This document shows, one piece after another, positions 20,710 through 33,418 of a stretch of DNA of 64,000 nt. Under the pieces are notes generated by a model. It ran no database searches, was not told the DNA's origin, and saw nothing but the letters and a program-made list of their open reading frames with translations. The stretch's first letter is position 1. Each line of letters begins with the position of its first letter. The DNA is from Marinicella sp. (GTDB lineage: Bacteria; Pseudomonadota; Gammaproteobacteria; Xanthomonadales; Marinicellaceae). The position numbers and the translations under genes were made by a program. The DNA lies in contig OZ246001.1 of NCBI GenBank assembly GCA_965230295.1, forward strand, positions 1,952,001-2,016,000, written 5' to 3'.

Positions 20710-21478
20710 AGCATTAAATTTCGAAAAATTACATGGATTAGGCAATGATTTTATGTTGCTGGATTGTCGTGCGGAACCGTTGTACATTTCAGCGATGCAA
20801 ATTGCTGAGTGGGCCAATCGACGCACAGGAGTGGGTTTTGATCAATTGATTATTATTGGCACCCAAGGAGACGACCTCACTTACCGGTTTTTTAATGCCG
20901 ATGGTGGAGAACCTGAGCAGTGCGGCAATGGACAGCGAGCGATTGCGCACTATTTACACCGTCAAGGTGTGTCTGTAGACAATTTGTGCCTGGTGGGCTT
21001 GGGCGGAGAAGTTCATTTGACATACAAAGATGAAGACCACATCTCTGTCACTTTTGATCAAGCCGTCAAATTTCGAGAGCAAGTGATTGCTGGTGTCGAC
21101 GGGTATTTTGTTGACATTGGGAACCCGCATTGGGTCTATCATGAACCTGAACTGACGGTCAAGGATTTGGAGCCATTCAGTCACATCGTGGCCAATCAAT
21201 TTCAATCCGGGGTCAATTTTGAAGCGATCAAAAAAATTGACGACCACCACATTCAGTTGCGAGTGATTGAGCGGGGAGTGGGCGAGACACAAGCCTGTGG
21301 CAGTGGTGCTTGTGCAGCGGCCATTGCCAGTGCCACCTTGTTGGGCACCACCACACCTTTGACTGTATCCATGCTGGGTGGTGATGTTAAAGTCAGTTAT
21401 GATTTGGCCTGTGATAAAATCACCCTGACCGGACCTGCGCGAACATGTTACCAAGGCCAAATAGATTTGCCTGAATGA
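20702..21478 (+). CDS. dapF: Diaminopimelate epimerase
   Basis: KLHGLGNDF, GVGFDQ, EQCGNG, GNPH, ERGVGETQACGSG; TTG start. Confidence 0.95.
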   Translation: MSKALNFEKLHGLGNDFMLLDCRAEPLYISAMQIAEWANRRTGVGFDQLIIIGTQGDDLTYRFFNADGGEPEQCGNGQRAIAHYLHRQGVSVDNLCLVGLGGEVHLTYKDEDHISVTFDQAVKFREQVIAGVDGYFVDIGNPHWVYHEPELTVKDLEPFSHIVANQFQSGVNFEAIKKIDDHHIQLRVIERGVGETQACGSGACAAAIASATLLGTTTPLTVSMLGGDVKVSYDLACDKITLTGPARTCYQGQIDLPE

Positions 21479-21490
21479 AACCAATAAATT

Positions 21491-22180
21491 ATGAGTGATG
21501 ATCTAAAAATCCAAAAAGCGATTAAAAATTACCTGTTAAAAAACCCGTCTTTTTTTACCCAACATTCAGAATTGATGGCCGAACTTGAGGTGGTTACGCC
21601 CTCAGGTGAATTGACTGATTTCACCACCCACCAATTGCGCACTTTGCAAAAAGACAATCAAAAGCTGAAAAGCCAAATCGCTCAACTCATCAAAAACGCC
21701 CAACAAAGTGAATCTTTGATGGACCGTTTGTTCAACCTGCTGACCGAGCTTTCGGTGGTTAAGCAAAGTGAGTTTTTGCCAGAGTTTGTGGCTTTTGTTG
21801 CAGAGAACTTCACCAGTGATTATTTCAAGCTGCTGGTAGCGGAAGGTTTGACTGAATTGCCCGACAGTGCATTGTTAGACACTTTGACGGCCGCTCAGAT
21901 CACTCAGTTTTCTGTGTTTCAGGCCAAATCAGAACCCCTTTCTGGGCGATTGAAACAAGAGAAGATTCAAAGCATTTTCCCGCAAGTCGATGACATCAAG
22001 TCTGCCGTGGTGTTGCCGGTGGGAACACATGCTGAATATGGTTTGATGGCATTTGCCAGTCGGGATGAAGAAAAGTTTCACCCCAACCTGGCCAGTGACT
22101 TGTTACAAAAGCTGTGCCAAATATTGAACACCTATTTTTCTCAACTGCAGCCACAAGATGAAAATCAAGCCATGTCTTGA
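21491..22180 (+). CDS. DUF484 family protein (YigA-like)
   Basis: YLLKNPSFF, FASRDEEKFHP; lies between dapF and xerC. Confidence 0.85.
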   Translation: MSDDLKIQKAIKNYLLKNPSFFTQHSELMAELEVVTPSGELTDFTTHQLRTLQKDNQKLKSQIAQLIKNAQQSESLMDRLFNLLTELSVVKQSEFLPEFVAFVAENFTSDYFKLLVAEGLTELPDSALLDTLTAAQITQFSVFQAKSEPLSGRLKQEKIQSIFPQVDDIKSAVVLPVGTHAEYGLMAFASRDEEKFHPNLASDLLQKLCQILNTYFSQLQPQDENQAMS

Positions 22181-23069
22181 TGCTTATTTAGATCATTTGG
22201 CATCACATCGACAGCTGTCACCGAAGACCGTAGAGGCCAATCACCGTGATCTGAATCATTTCCTATGTTCACTGACTGCAGACAAAGCCAACAGCCTCAA
22301 AACCATCAAAGACACAGACATCCGGACCTATTTAATGCGGCGTGCCGCTGAGGGTGCGGCTCCTAAATCCCTGGCCCGTTACCGTTCACATTTGAAAAAC
22401 TTTTTTGCCTATTGCCACGAGCGTTATCCCCAGTTGGTGTCTAACAATCCAGTTGAATTGGTCAGCACACCAAAAATCAGGCGCAGTTTGCCAGAAGTGC
22501 TGGATGTCGATACCTTGTTTAAATTGCTAGACATTCCGGCCACCACAGAGATCGCGATCCGCGACAAAGCATTGTTGGAATTGTTTTACTCATCAGGATT
22601 GAGGTTGTCAGAACTGGCCAATTTACAATGGCATGATTTAGACCTGGAACAAGGGATGGTACGGGTGTTGGGCAAGGGCAGTAAGGAGCGCATGGTGCCT
22701 TTGGGTAAAATGGCCAAAGCCGCTTTACTACAATGGTACCCCATATCATTGTTATGGAATCAAAGCCAGACACCTCATGTGTTTATCAGTAAAAGGGGTG
22801 CCCAATTAAAAAATCGCAGCATCCAGGCCAGGGTCAAACATTGGGCCCAACAACAAGGCTTGTGGGAACGGATTTATCCTCACTTGTTACGTCATTCTTT
22901 CGCGTCCCACATGTTGGAGTCGTCCGGTGATCTTCGAGCCGTTCAAGAGATGTTGGGGCATGCCGATCTGTCAACCACTCAAATTTATACCCATTTGAAT
23001 TTTCAACACCTCGCCAAAGTTTATGATCAGGCTCACCCGCGAGCCAAAAAGAAAAAAACTGATGTTTGA
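22158..23069 (+). CDS. xerC: Tyrosine recombinase XerC
   Basis: RDKALLELFYSSGLRLSEL, GKGSKER, HLLRHSFASH, LGHADLSTTQIY, HPRA; dapF-DUF484-xerC synteny. Confidence 0.95.
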   Translation: MKIKPCLDAYLDHLASHRQLSPKTVEANHRDLNHFLCSLTADKANSLKTIKDTDIRTYLMRRAAEGAAPKSLARYRSHLKNFFAYCHERYPQLVSNNPVELVSTPKIRRSLPEVLDVDTLFKLLDIPATTEIAIRDKALLELFYSSGLRLSELANLQWHDLDLEQGMVRVLGKGSKERMVPLGKMAKAALLQWYPISLLWNQSQTPHVFISKRGAQLKNRSIQARVKHWAQQQGLWERIYPHLLRHSFASHMLESSGDLRAVQEMLGHADLSTTQIYTHLNFQHLAKVYDQAHPRAKKKKTDV

Positions 23070-23231
23070 GCCAAATGGATGTTGTCAGAATGACTGGTAG
23101 CCCCCACATATATCAAGAGGATTCATACGAAAGTTATGGGTATAAACCCACCGATATAATTTTGTTAACAGGGTGTTAAATGACCATCGATTGTGTTCTT
23201 CGAAAACACCGGTATTTTTGCCCTAAAATCG

Positions 23232-23260
23232 TTGCTTTGCTAAGGTTTAACCATTATAAT
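23232..23260 (+). promoter_or_regulatory. Putative sigma70 promoter of the atp operon
   Basis: TTGCTT-N17-TATAAT about 75 nt before atpI. Confidence 0.6.
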
Positions 23261-23334
23261 GCACCCGCTTTTAGTTGAGGCAATCTGATTGACTCGTTTT
23301 TTCAATTCAATTTGAGATTGACTCCAAGCCAACA

Positions 23335-23712
23335 ATGACCGAACAACTGACCTTGAAAGAGGTGAAGAAAACCGTAGTTAAAATACCCATATATCAAGTT
23401 TTGATTGGTGTTCTGATTGCCACTGTTTTTTACTTTTTTAAGGATGGATCAGCTGCTTTTTCAGCCGGTTCTGGCGCTTTGATCAGTGCCCTGGGTTCAT
23501 TGGCATTTGCCCTCATCGTTATCTGGCCTTTTGGTAACACTGAGTCATTGGTTGGCAGAATGTTTAAAGGCGAAATCATGAAATTTGTGGTTATTGGTTT
23601 GTTGTTTTATGTAGCAATCACCAATTTCTCGTTCCAATTGATGCCTTTATTGATTGGATTTATTGCCACCTTGTTAGCGTTTTGGGTGGCTTTGTTAACA
23701 TCTTTTAAGTGA
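23335..23712 (+). CDS. atpI: ATP synthase protein I
   Basis: Hydrophobic 125 aa with GEIMK; first gene of the atp operon. Confidence 0.85.
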   Translation: MTEQLTLKEVKKTVVKIPIYQVLIGVLIATVFYFFKDGSAAFSAGSGALISALGSLAFALIVIWPFGNTESLVGRMFKGEIMKFVVIGLLFYVAITNFSFQLMPLLIGFIATLLAFWVALLTSFK

Positions 23713-23718
23713 GAGTAA

Positions 23719-24588
<870 letters not shown>

Positions 24589-24612
24589 CTTTTTAAAACT
24601 TTAATTATTTAA

Positions 24613-24912
<300 letters not shown>

Positions 24913-24951
24913 TTCTAGGCACTTTCAAACAGATTAAGGCGGAGTACAAAC

Positions 24952-25422
24952 ATGAATATTAATGCAACTCTAATCATTCAAGCACTTGTGTTCTTTGTTG
25001 TGATTATCATCACCATGAAGTACATCTGGCCGCAAATCTTGGGCGCCATGGAAGAGCGTGAGAAAAAGATTGCTGACGGTTTAGCCGCCGGTGATCGTGC
25101 TGAAAAAGAATTGAACCAAGCCAAAGCCAAGGTTGAGACCTTGATTGTGGAAGCCAAAGAGCAAGCCAGTCACATCAAAGACCAGGCAACTCAAATGGCC
25201 ACCAAGATCAAAGACCAAGCCAAATCAGACGCCCTTGCTGAAAAAGAGCGTCAGTTGAATGCGGCCAAGGCTGAAATTGAACAAGAAGCGAATCGTGCCA
25301 AAGAAGCCTTGCGTCAGCAAGTGTCTGCTTTAGCCATTGCAGGTACTGAGCAACTGCTTTCAAAAGAAGTGGATGCCGGTAAACATGCCGATTTGTTGGA
25401 CGATTTAATTAAAGAGATCTGA
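24952..25422 (+). CDS. atpF: ATP synthase F0 subunit b
   Basis: MNINATL, KYIWP, REKKIADGL. Confidence 0.97.
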   Translation: MNINATLIIQALVFFVVIIITMKYIWPQILGAMEEREKKIADGLAAGDRAEKELNQAKAKVETLIVEAKEQASHIKDQATQMATKIKDQAKSDALAEKERQLNAAKAEIEQEANRAKEALRQQVSALAIAGTEQLLSKEVDAGKHADLLDDLIKEI

Positions 25423-25424
25423 AC

Positions 25425-25952
25425 ATGAGTGAATTAATCACATTAGCAAGACCCTATGCCAAAGCGGCATTTGAGTTCGCCAAAAGTGAGTCTGCTGTAG
25501 ACCAGTGGTCTAAAGACTTGTTGGTTGCTGCCGGATTAGCTCAAAACGAAGAGATTCTTAATTACTTCGGTCGCCCAGATGTTCTGGCCGACGATCTGGT
25601 TCAATTGGTGAGCGGTGATAACAACAGCGAACAATATAAAAACTTTGTTCGGTTGTTGATTGAGAATGACCGCTTGAGCTTGTTGCCAGAAGTGGCTGAG
25701 CTGTACCAATACTACAAAGAACAAGATTCACAGTCGCTGACTGTTGATGTCTATTCAGCCGTAGCATTGACAGCTGACCAACAACAAGCCATGACAGCAG
25801 CTCTCAGCAAGAGAACCGGAAAACAGATCAGCTTGCAAACGCACATCGATGAAAACATGATGGGCGGTGCCAGAATTCACTGTGGAGATTTGGTGATTGA
25901 TGGTACTTTACGCGGCAAAGTAGATCGCTTGAAGACACAACTTGGAGCATAG
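25425..25952 (+). CDS. atpH: ATP synthase F1 subunit delta
   Basis: TLARPYAKAAF, GDLVIDGT. Confidence 0.97.
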   Translation: MSELITLARPYAKAAFEFAKSESAVDQWSKDLLVAAGLAQNEEILNYFGRPDVLADDLVQLVSGDNNSEQYKNFVRLLIENDRLSLLPEVAELYQYYKEQDSQSLTVDVYSAVALTADQQQAMTAALSKRTGKQISLQTHIDENMMGGARIHCGDLVIDGTLRGKVDRLKTQLGA

Positions 25953-26115
25953 CGACCCGATAAGTTGGTTGGTGAGCTTCGCGAATCAGAAGCTTATCGT
26001 TAGAACTAAAGTTTCGAGTGAAGTCGATTTTCACAACTTGATGTGAAAGCAGAGAAACGAGACACATTTATAACTAATTTAAGTCAGCAGACTTAAGAGA
26101 ATACGAGGAAATGCA
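25953..26115. repeat. Structured 163-nt atpH-atpA spacer containing a repeat-derived module
   Basis: GGTTGGTGAGCTTCGCGAATCAGAAGC (25967-25993) matches the reverse strand of the MITE core; stems CGATAAG/CTTATCG, TTTCACA/TGTGAAA and TTAAGTC/GACTTAA. Confidence 0.65.
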
Positions 26116-27663
26116 ATGCAAACGACATTGAATCCATCAGAAATCAGTGAACTGATTAAAGATCGAATTAAGGACTTTAAAGTTCAGTCAGAGGCCCGTA
26201 CAGAAGGTACTGTAGTCAGTACTTCAGACGGTATTGTACGTATCCACGGCTTAGCCGATGCGATGCAAGGCGAAATGATCGAATTACCAGGTGACACCTA
26301 TGCTTTGGCATTGAACTTGGAAAGGGATTCGGTTGGTGCGGTGATCTTGGGTGATTACGGCCACATCTCTGAAGGAGATAAAGCCAAATGTACCGGTCGT
26401 ATTCTTGAAGTGCCTGTAGGACCTGAATTGATTGGTCGTGTGGTTGACTCTTTGGGTAACCCCATTGACGGTAACGGTCCCATCGAAGCCAAAATGACTT
26501 CTCCGATTGAGAAAATTGCACCGGGTGTGATCGATCGTCAATCAGTTGACCAGCCTGTACAAACCGGTTTGAAATCAATTGATGCCATGGTGCCCATTGG
26601 ACGTGGACAACGTGAGCTGATCATTGGTGACAGACAAACCGGTAAAACGGCTGTGGCCATTGATGCGATCATCAACCAAAAAGGTACTGGCGTCATCTGT
26701 ATTTATGTGGCTGTTGGCCAAAAACGTTCTTCTGTTGCGGCGATGGTTCGTAAACTGGAAGAGCACGATGCCATGGGTCACACCATCATCGTTGCAGCGA
26801 CCGCTTCTGATTCTGCTGCGATGCAATACATTGCACCTTACTCTGGTTGTGCCATGGGTGAGTACTACAGGGACCGTGGTGAAGATGGTTTGATCATTTA
26901 TGATGATTTGACCAAACAAGCATGGGCTTACCGTCAGGTGTCTCTGTTGTTGAAACGTCCTCCAGGTCGTGAAGCCTATCCTGGTGATGTATTCTACTTA
27001 CATTCACGTTTGTTGGAACGTGCAGCACGTGTTAATGCTGATTATGTTGAACGATTCACCAACGGTGAAGTGAAAGGTAAAACCGGTTCTTTGACTGCTT
27101 TACCGATCATTGAGACCCAAGCGGGTGACGTATCGGCATTCGTACCAACCAACGTTATTTCGATTACAGATGGTCAGATCTTCCTGGGAACTGACTTATT
27201 CAACTCAGGTATTCGTCCTGCGATTGATGCTGGTTTGTCAGTATCTCGTGTGGGTGGCGCCGCTCAGACCAAAGTCGTTAAGAAATTGGGTGGTGGTGTT
27301 CGTTTGGCCTTGGCTCAATACCGTGAGTTGGCAGCATTCGCTCAGTTTGCTTCAGATTTGGATGAAGCCACCCGTGCTCAGTTAGAGCGTGGTCAACGTG
27401 TAACCGAGTTGATGAAACAAAAACAATATGCTCCGATGAGTGTGGCTGAAATGGCCTTGTCTTTGTATGCGATTGATCGTGGTTACATGGACGATGTTGA
27501 GATGAACAAGATTGGTGCTTTTGAAGGTGCCTTGATCGATCACATGAACAGCACCCAATCTGCATTCATGAACGAATTGAATGAATCAGGTGATTTTAAT
27601 GAAGAAATCGAAGGCAAGCTGAAAGCTGGCGTAGAAGACTTCAAAAAAACAGGCAGCTGGTAA
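26116..27663 (+). CDS. atpA: ATP synthase F1 subunit alpha
   Basis: [29 protein letters not shown]. Confidence 0.99.
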   Translation: MQTTLNPSEISELIKDRIKDFKVQSEARTEGTVVSTSDGIVRIHGLADAMQGEMIELPGDTYALALNLERDSVGAVILGDYGHISEGDKAKCTGRILEVPVGPELIGRVVDSLGNPIDGNGPIEAKMTSPIEKIAPGVIDRQSVDQPVQTGLKSIDAMVPIGRGQRELIIGDRQTGKTAVAIDAIINQKGTGVICIYVAVGQKRSSVAAMVRKLEEHDAMGHTIIVAATASDSAAMQYIAPYSGCAMGEYYRDRGEDGLIIYDDLTKQAWAYRQVSLLLKRPPGREAYPGDVFYLHSRLLERAARVNADYVERFTNGEVKGKTGSLTALPIIETQAGDVSAFVPTNVISITDGQIFLGTDLFNSGIRPAIDAGLSVSRVGGAAQTKVVKKLGGGVRLALAQYRELAAFAQFASDLDEATRAQLERGQRVTELMKQKQYAPMSVAEMALSLYAIDRGYMDDVEMNKIGAFEGALIDHMNSTQSAFMNELNESGDFNEEIEGKLKAGVEDFKKTGSW

Positions 27664-27688
27664 ATCAACCCAATAACAGGTATTAACT

Positions 27689-28549
27689 ATGGCAGTCGGT
27701 AGTGAAATTGTAACCAAAATCAAAAGCGTCAAGTCCACCCGTAAGGTGACCACCGCTTTGGAAATGGTTTCAGCGAGTAAGATCAAGAAGGCACAGGATC
27801 AGATGAATGCCTCAAGACCTTACACGCGAAAAATTAAACAAATGATTGGTCACTTGGCCAAAGCAACACCCGAGTATAAGCACCCATTCATGAACGAACA
27901 AAAAGCGGATCGTGTGGGTTACATCATCATTTCTACAGACCGTGGATTGTGTGGCGGCTTGAACTCAGGTTTGTTCAAGAATGCAGTGATCCACATGCGT
28001 GATTGGGAAGCCAAAGGCGCCCAAATTGATGTGGTTACCATCGGTAACAAAGCAGCCAGTACTTTTAAAAACACCAATGTGAATTTCAAAGCCAACATAT
28101 CGGCTTTGGGAGACAAGCCTGAACTGGCGAAACTGATTGGTGTGGTTAAAGTGATGTTGGATGCTTATGCCAATGGTGAGTTGAGTCATGTATATTTGGT
28201 CTTCAATGACTTCATCAACACCATGACACAAAAGCCAACCATTGATCAGTTGTTGCCTTTGCCTGCTACAGATGAAGAGGAAATCTCAGACAACTGGGAT
28301 TACCTGTATGAGCCAGAAGCCAAAGATGTTTTGGATCAATTGATGAACCGTTACATTGAATCTTTGGTTTACCAAGGTGTTTTAGAGAATTTGGCCTCCG
28401 AGCACGCGGCCAGAATGGTGGCCATGAAATCAGCCTCTGACAATGCATCAGACCTGATCAAAGACTTGCAGTTGATTTACAACAAAGCAAGACAAGCAGC
28501 CATTACCCAAGAAATTTCAGAAATTGTCGGCGGCGCAGCCGCAGTATAG
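27689..28549 (+). CDS. atpG: ATP synthase F1 subunit gamma
   Basis: [26 protein letters not shown]. Confidence 0.99.
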   Translation: MAVGSEIVTKIKSVKSTRKVTTALEMVSASKIKKAQDQMNASRPYTRKIKQMIGHLAKATPEYKHPFMNEQKADRVGYIIISTDRGLCGGLNSGLFKNAVIHMRDWEAKGAQIDVVTIGNKAASTFKNTNVNFKANISALGDKPELAKLIGVVKVMLDAYANGELSHVYLVFNDFINTMTQKPTIDQLLPLPATDEEEISDNWDYLYEPEAKDVLDQLMNRYIESLVYQGVLENLASEHAARMVAMKSASDNASDLIKDLQLIYNKARQAAITQEISEIVGGAAAV

Positions 28550-29977
<1,428 letters not shown>

Positions 29978-29988
29978 GGTAAATAATC

Positions 29989-30411
29989 ATGTCAACCATT
30001 AAGTGTGATATCGTCAGTGCAGAAAATGCCATCTATTCAGGTGAAGTGACCATGGTCATCGCCAGTGGTGTGGCCGGTGAATTGGGTATTGCCCCAAGAC
30101 ACGCGCCTTTGATCACACAGTTGAAACCAGGCCAGGTCCGGGTGCTGTTGGAAGACGGCTCAGAAGAGGACTTTTATGTGTCAGGTGGTATTTTAGAAGT
30201 ACAACCATACCTGGTTTCCGTGTTGGCCGACACCGCTTTGCGTGCCGATGACATCGACGAAGCGGCTGCCATCAAAGCCAAAGAAGAAGCCGAGGCTTTG
30301 TTGAAAGACAAAACCAAAAAGCAAGACTTGGCCATGGTACAAGCAGACCTCGCCAAAGCAGTGGCACAAATCCAAGCCATCACGCGTTTGAAGAAACAAC
30401 TCAAACGCTGA
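29989..30411 (+). CDS. atpC: ATP synthase F1 subunit epsilon
   Basis: DIVSAE, GELGIAPRHAPL, SGGILEVQP. Confidence 0.98.
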   Translation: MSTIKCDIVSAENAIYSGEVTMVIASGVAGELGIAPRHAPLITQLKPGQVRVLLEDGSEEDFYVSGGILEVQPYLVSVLADTALRADDIDEAAAIKAKEEAEALLKDKTKKQDLAMVQADLAKAVAQIQAITRLKKQLKR

Positions 30412-30435
30412 TTGTTGGATTGCATTGAAAGCATC

Positions 30436-30465
30436 AAAAAGTCGACCTTTGGGTCGGCTTTTTTT
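30436..30465 (+). terminator. Intrinsic terminator of the atp operon
   Basis: AAAAAGTCGACC-TTTG-GGTCGGCTTTTTTT. Confidence 0.9.
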
Positions 30466-30550
30466 GTGCTTTAAATTTTTTAAAAATATTAAATGTTACA
30501 ACAAGAATGGTATGTTAAGTATAATTAAAAAATAACACAATGGTATTACT

Positions 30551-31408
30551 ATGTCGGACGAAAAATCATTAATTAATTTGGGTGATTTAACTAAACCAGT
30601 AACAGTTTTAATTGAAAAAGTTTCAAATGCTATTGGTGTTTTATACGAGCCACGAAGAATTAAAAAGATAGGCCAAGCAAACGCTGCTGTTAAAAAGATT
30701 GAAGCTATTACAGAATTGGAAATTAGTGACCTTCAAAGAAGAGGGCTGGAAAGGATTGTTAATCAATCTGCAAGAAAACAAAACAATATTGAAAACATAA
30801 TATCAAATGCAATTGTTGATATTCCTGATGATGCTGAAACTGAAAAGATTGAGGAAGATTGGATAGCGCACTTTTTTGGAAAATGTGAGAATGTTTCTGA
30901 TAAAGAGATGCAATCACTTTGGTCTAGAATATTAGCTGGTGAAGCTCGAAAACCTCAAACATTTTCTAAAAAAACGTTAAATTTGGTAGCTTCTTTAGAT
31001 AAGTCTGATGCTGAACTATTTACTTCTTTATCTCGTTTTGTTTGGATGGTATCTGAGAAGCCTGTTCCAATATTTTTCGATACTGATCATGAGATTTATA
31101 TTGACAATAAAATTAGATTTATTGATTTAAAGCATTTAGATTATCTTGGCCTAATCTCATTTGATGCCACATCTGGATACAAGCTTGATGTAAAAGAAGG
31201 TAATAGATTAATGGGATATTTTAGTAGATCAATATTGATCAATTTTCAAAACTCTAAAAAAAATGAAATCCAATTAGGCAAAGTAATGCTAACCAAAGCC
31301 GGTGAAGAGCTTTTTAAAATATGTGCGGTGGAATACAATTCTGATTTTTATTTTTATGTCATACAAAAATTATTTGATCAAGGACTGTGTATTTCTTCAC
31401 GTTTGTAA
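30551..31408 (+). CDS. DUF2806-like protein, AT-rich
   Basis: RKQNNIENI, IEEDWIAHFF, EMQSLWSRILAGE, FSKKTL, LTKAGEEL. Confidence 0.8.
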   Translation: MSDEKSLINLGDLTKPVTVLIEKVSNAIGVLYEPRRIKKIGQANAAVKKIEAITELEISDLQRRGLERIVNQSARKQNNIENIISNAIVDIPDDAETEKIEEDWIAHFFGKCENVSDKEMQSLWSRILAGEARKPQTFSKKTLNLVASLDKSDAELFTSLSRFVWMVSEKPVPIFFDTDHEIYIDNKIRFIDLKHLDYLGLISFDATSGYKLDVKEGNRLMGYFSRSILINFQNSKKNEIQLGKVMLTKAGEELFKICAVEYNSDFYFYVIQKLFDQGLCISSRL

Positions 31409-31479
31409 AAAAACCAAGTGTTTATCTTTATGGGTCATAAACATAAAGAGGTCAGTTCCCTTTTAATATAACTAAAGAG

Positions 31480-32308
31480 AATCAATCGAGTCAGAGGTGC
31501 TTGATTTATATTGTGTTGGGATTTTTGGCGATCAGCCTGACTCACAATTTATTATCGTTCGAATTGCCGGCGTAGGCCGGCATCCAGCCAGGTAGGTTGG
31601 GCTGAACAACGTGAAGCCCAACAGGGATCTGCAATTAAGGTTTGTTGTTGGGCTTCGCAAGCTCAGCACCAACCTACGTTAATAGCCAGACATCGTCAGA
31701 CCAGTTAAAGTCGGAATCAATGGGGTCAGAGTCATTAATCAGATAGTAACCACCATCAAAAAGGCGCTGGATCCCGGATCAATGACGATAGTAGAACAAT
31801 GTCATTGCGAGCGGAGCGTGGCAATCTCATGAACCTGTAAAATGTTTGGAGATTGCCGCGGTCGTTCCTCCCTCGCAATGACGGAAGCACAAAGGAATAA
31901 CTCCGTTATGTGTGGTGGGCTATTCCCTCCATATGTATTGTTTAAAACCTCAGTTCCGTCTTACCGGCGCAGGCCGGTATCCAGTGTCTTTTTACATTAT
32001 TTGATCCTACAGATAATTATGGAAGCTTCGCTTGTTTGCTGCGCAAACTGGATCCCCGGGTCAAGCCCGAGGATGACGGTAGTGAAAGTAGGTCATTCCG
32101 ACCGAGTATAGCGAGTGGAGGAAAAAATAGCAGAATAGCTGTTTTTTCACGCGAAGCGACCCGTAGGGTGAACGGCAGGAGCCGTGAATTAATCTCATGA
32201 ATCTGGAGAATAGTTATCAGATTGCCGCGTCGCTGCGCTCCTCGCAATGACTCAAGTTTCTGAGAATGTCTGGTCTTTAGGGGATTCCTCGGCTGCGCTC
32301 GGGATGAC
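31480..32308. repeat. Mosaic cluster of REP-like palindromes (BIME/REPIN-like)
   Basis: X/Y doublets at 31561-31786 and 31958-32077; GTAG-REP pair at 31592-31677; AATCAATGGGGTCAGAGTCA at 31715; GTCATTGCGAG...CTCGCAATGAC at 31801-31882; further units at 32092-32251 and 32281-32308. Confidence 0.9.
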
Positions 32309-32435
32309 ATGTTAACGCTCCAGCCAAATCGAGCGCCATATGTTCAAAATATCAGCCACTGCAGCGCCGAGCTTCTTGCAGATAAAGGGTATTTAAGCCA
32401 TAAGTTATAATGATAAATTTACTGATGTCCTAATT

Positions 32436-33395
32436 ATGAATGCGACACAACATTTGACTTTGCGGCTACTCATTGTTCTGATGGTTTTGGTTCATCAACC
32501 ATGCCGCGCTGAGAAACCAACAGCCCGCTGGGGGCATGTATTTATTTATGACCCGGCAAGAGATGAAATATTGATGTTTGGCGGAGCAAAAGGTCGCCAA
32601 CAATATTTGAATGATACATGGATTTGGAGAGCTGGGAATTGGCAGCAGCAAATGACAGGTGGGCCAGGGGCGCGTGGCTTCAGTGCAGCAACCTATCATT
32701 CGGGTCGTGAAACCATAGTCATTCATGGCGGGCGGGATAATGATAATAAAAGTCTTTCAGATACCTGGGAATGGAACGGTAAAAAGTGGAGTTTGTTGAG
32801 TGCAAGCAGTGATTTTGTCGCTGACCATCATAAAATGACGTATTTGCCAAAAGAAGGAACCATACTTGCATTTGGCGGTTGGGATGGCCAGGGTGTGAAT
32901 GGCCATACCTGGATATGGGATAATGAATGGCAGAAGATTCAGACTTTATCGCCACCAGCGCGTTCTGCATTTGGAATGACCTATGATCCAACCCGAGACG
33001 CTGTCATCGTTTATGGTGGGTTGTGGATTCAAGGCCAATATGCAGATGTATGGAAGTGGGAAAAAGGTCTGTGGCAAGCGTCGAGTGGGCCTTATGATAA
33101 TTCGTCTTTGGATCACCATGAGTTGGTGTTTGATCATAAAATCAATAAAATCATAGGTTTTGGGGGTAAGAATTACCGATACCAGGCCCAAACCAAAACT
33201 TGGCAAGTTAAAGGTGGAAAAGTCTCTGAGTTATCACGCACTGGCCCCAATGCGCGATACAGCATTGGGCTTACTTATCACACCAAACTTAACCGGGCGT
33301 ATTTATTTGGTGGTAAAAAACAAGAGCAGGGAAAAACACTTCCACTGGATGACTTTTGGTATTGGGATGGGGAAAGTTGGTATTTGATTGAATAA
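32436..33395 (+). CDS. Secreted kelch-repeat beta-propeller protein
   Basis: Signal peptide; six repeats of the form PxAR..H.M.YD...(F/Y)GG...DTWxW. Confidence 0.85.
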   Translation: MNATQHLTLRLLIVLMVLVHQPCRAEKPTARWGHVFIYDPARDEILMFGGAKGRQQYLNDTWIWRAGNWQQQMTGGPGARGFSAATYHSGRETIVIHGGRDNDNKSLSDTWEWNGKKWSLLSASSDFVADHHKMTYLPKEGTILAFGGWDGQGVNGHTWIWDNEWQKIQTLSPPARSAFGMTYDPTRDAVIVYGGLWIQGQYADVWKWEKGLWQASSGPYDNSSLDHHELVFDHKINKIIGFGGKNYRYQAQTKTWQVKGGKVSELSRTGPNARYSIGLTYHTKLNRAYLFGGKKQEQGKTLPLDDFWYWDGESWYLIE

Positions 33396-33418
33396 GCATA
33401 ATGTACTTCTCTTTTATT

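Noticed and set aside
30495-30520. dif-like site (…TATGTTAAGT) before the DUF2806-like gene
   Set aside because: Only a partial XerD-arm resemblance in AT-rich DNA; no credible XerC arm.
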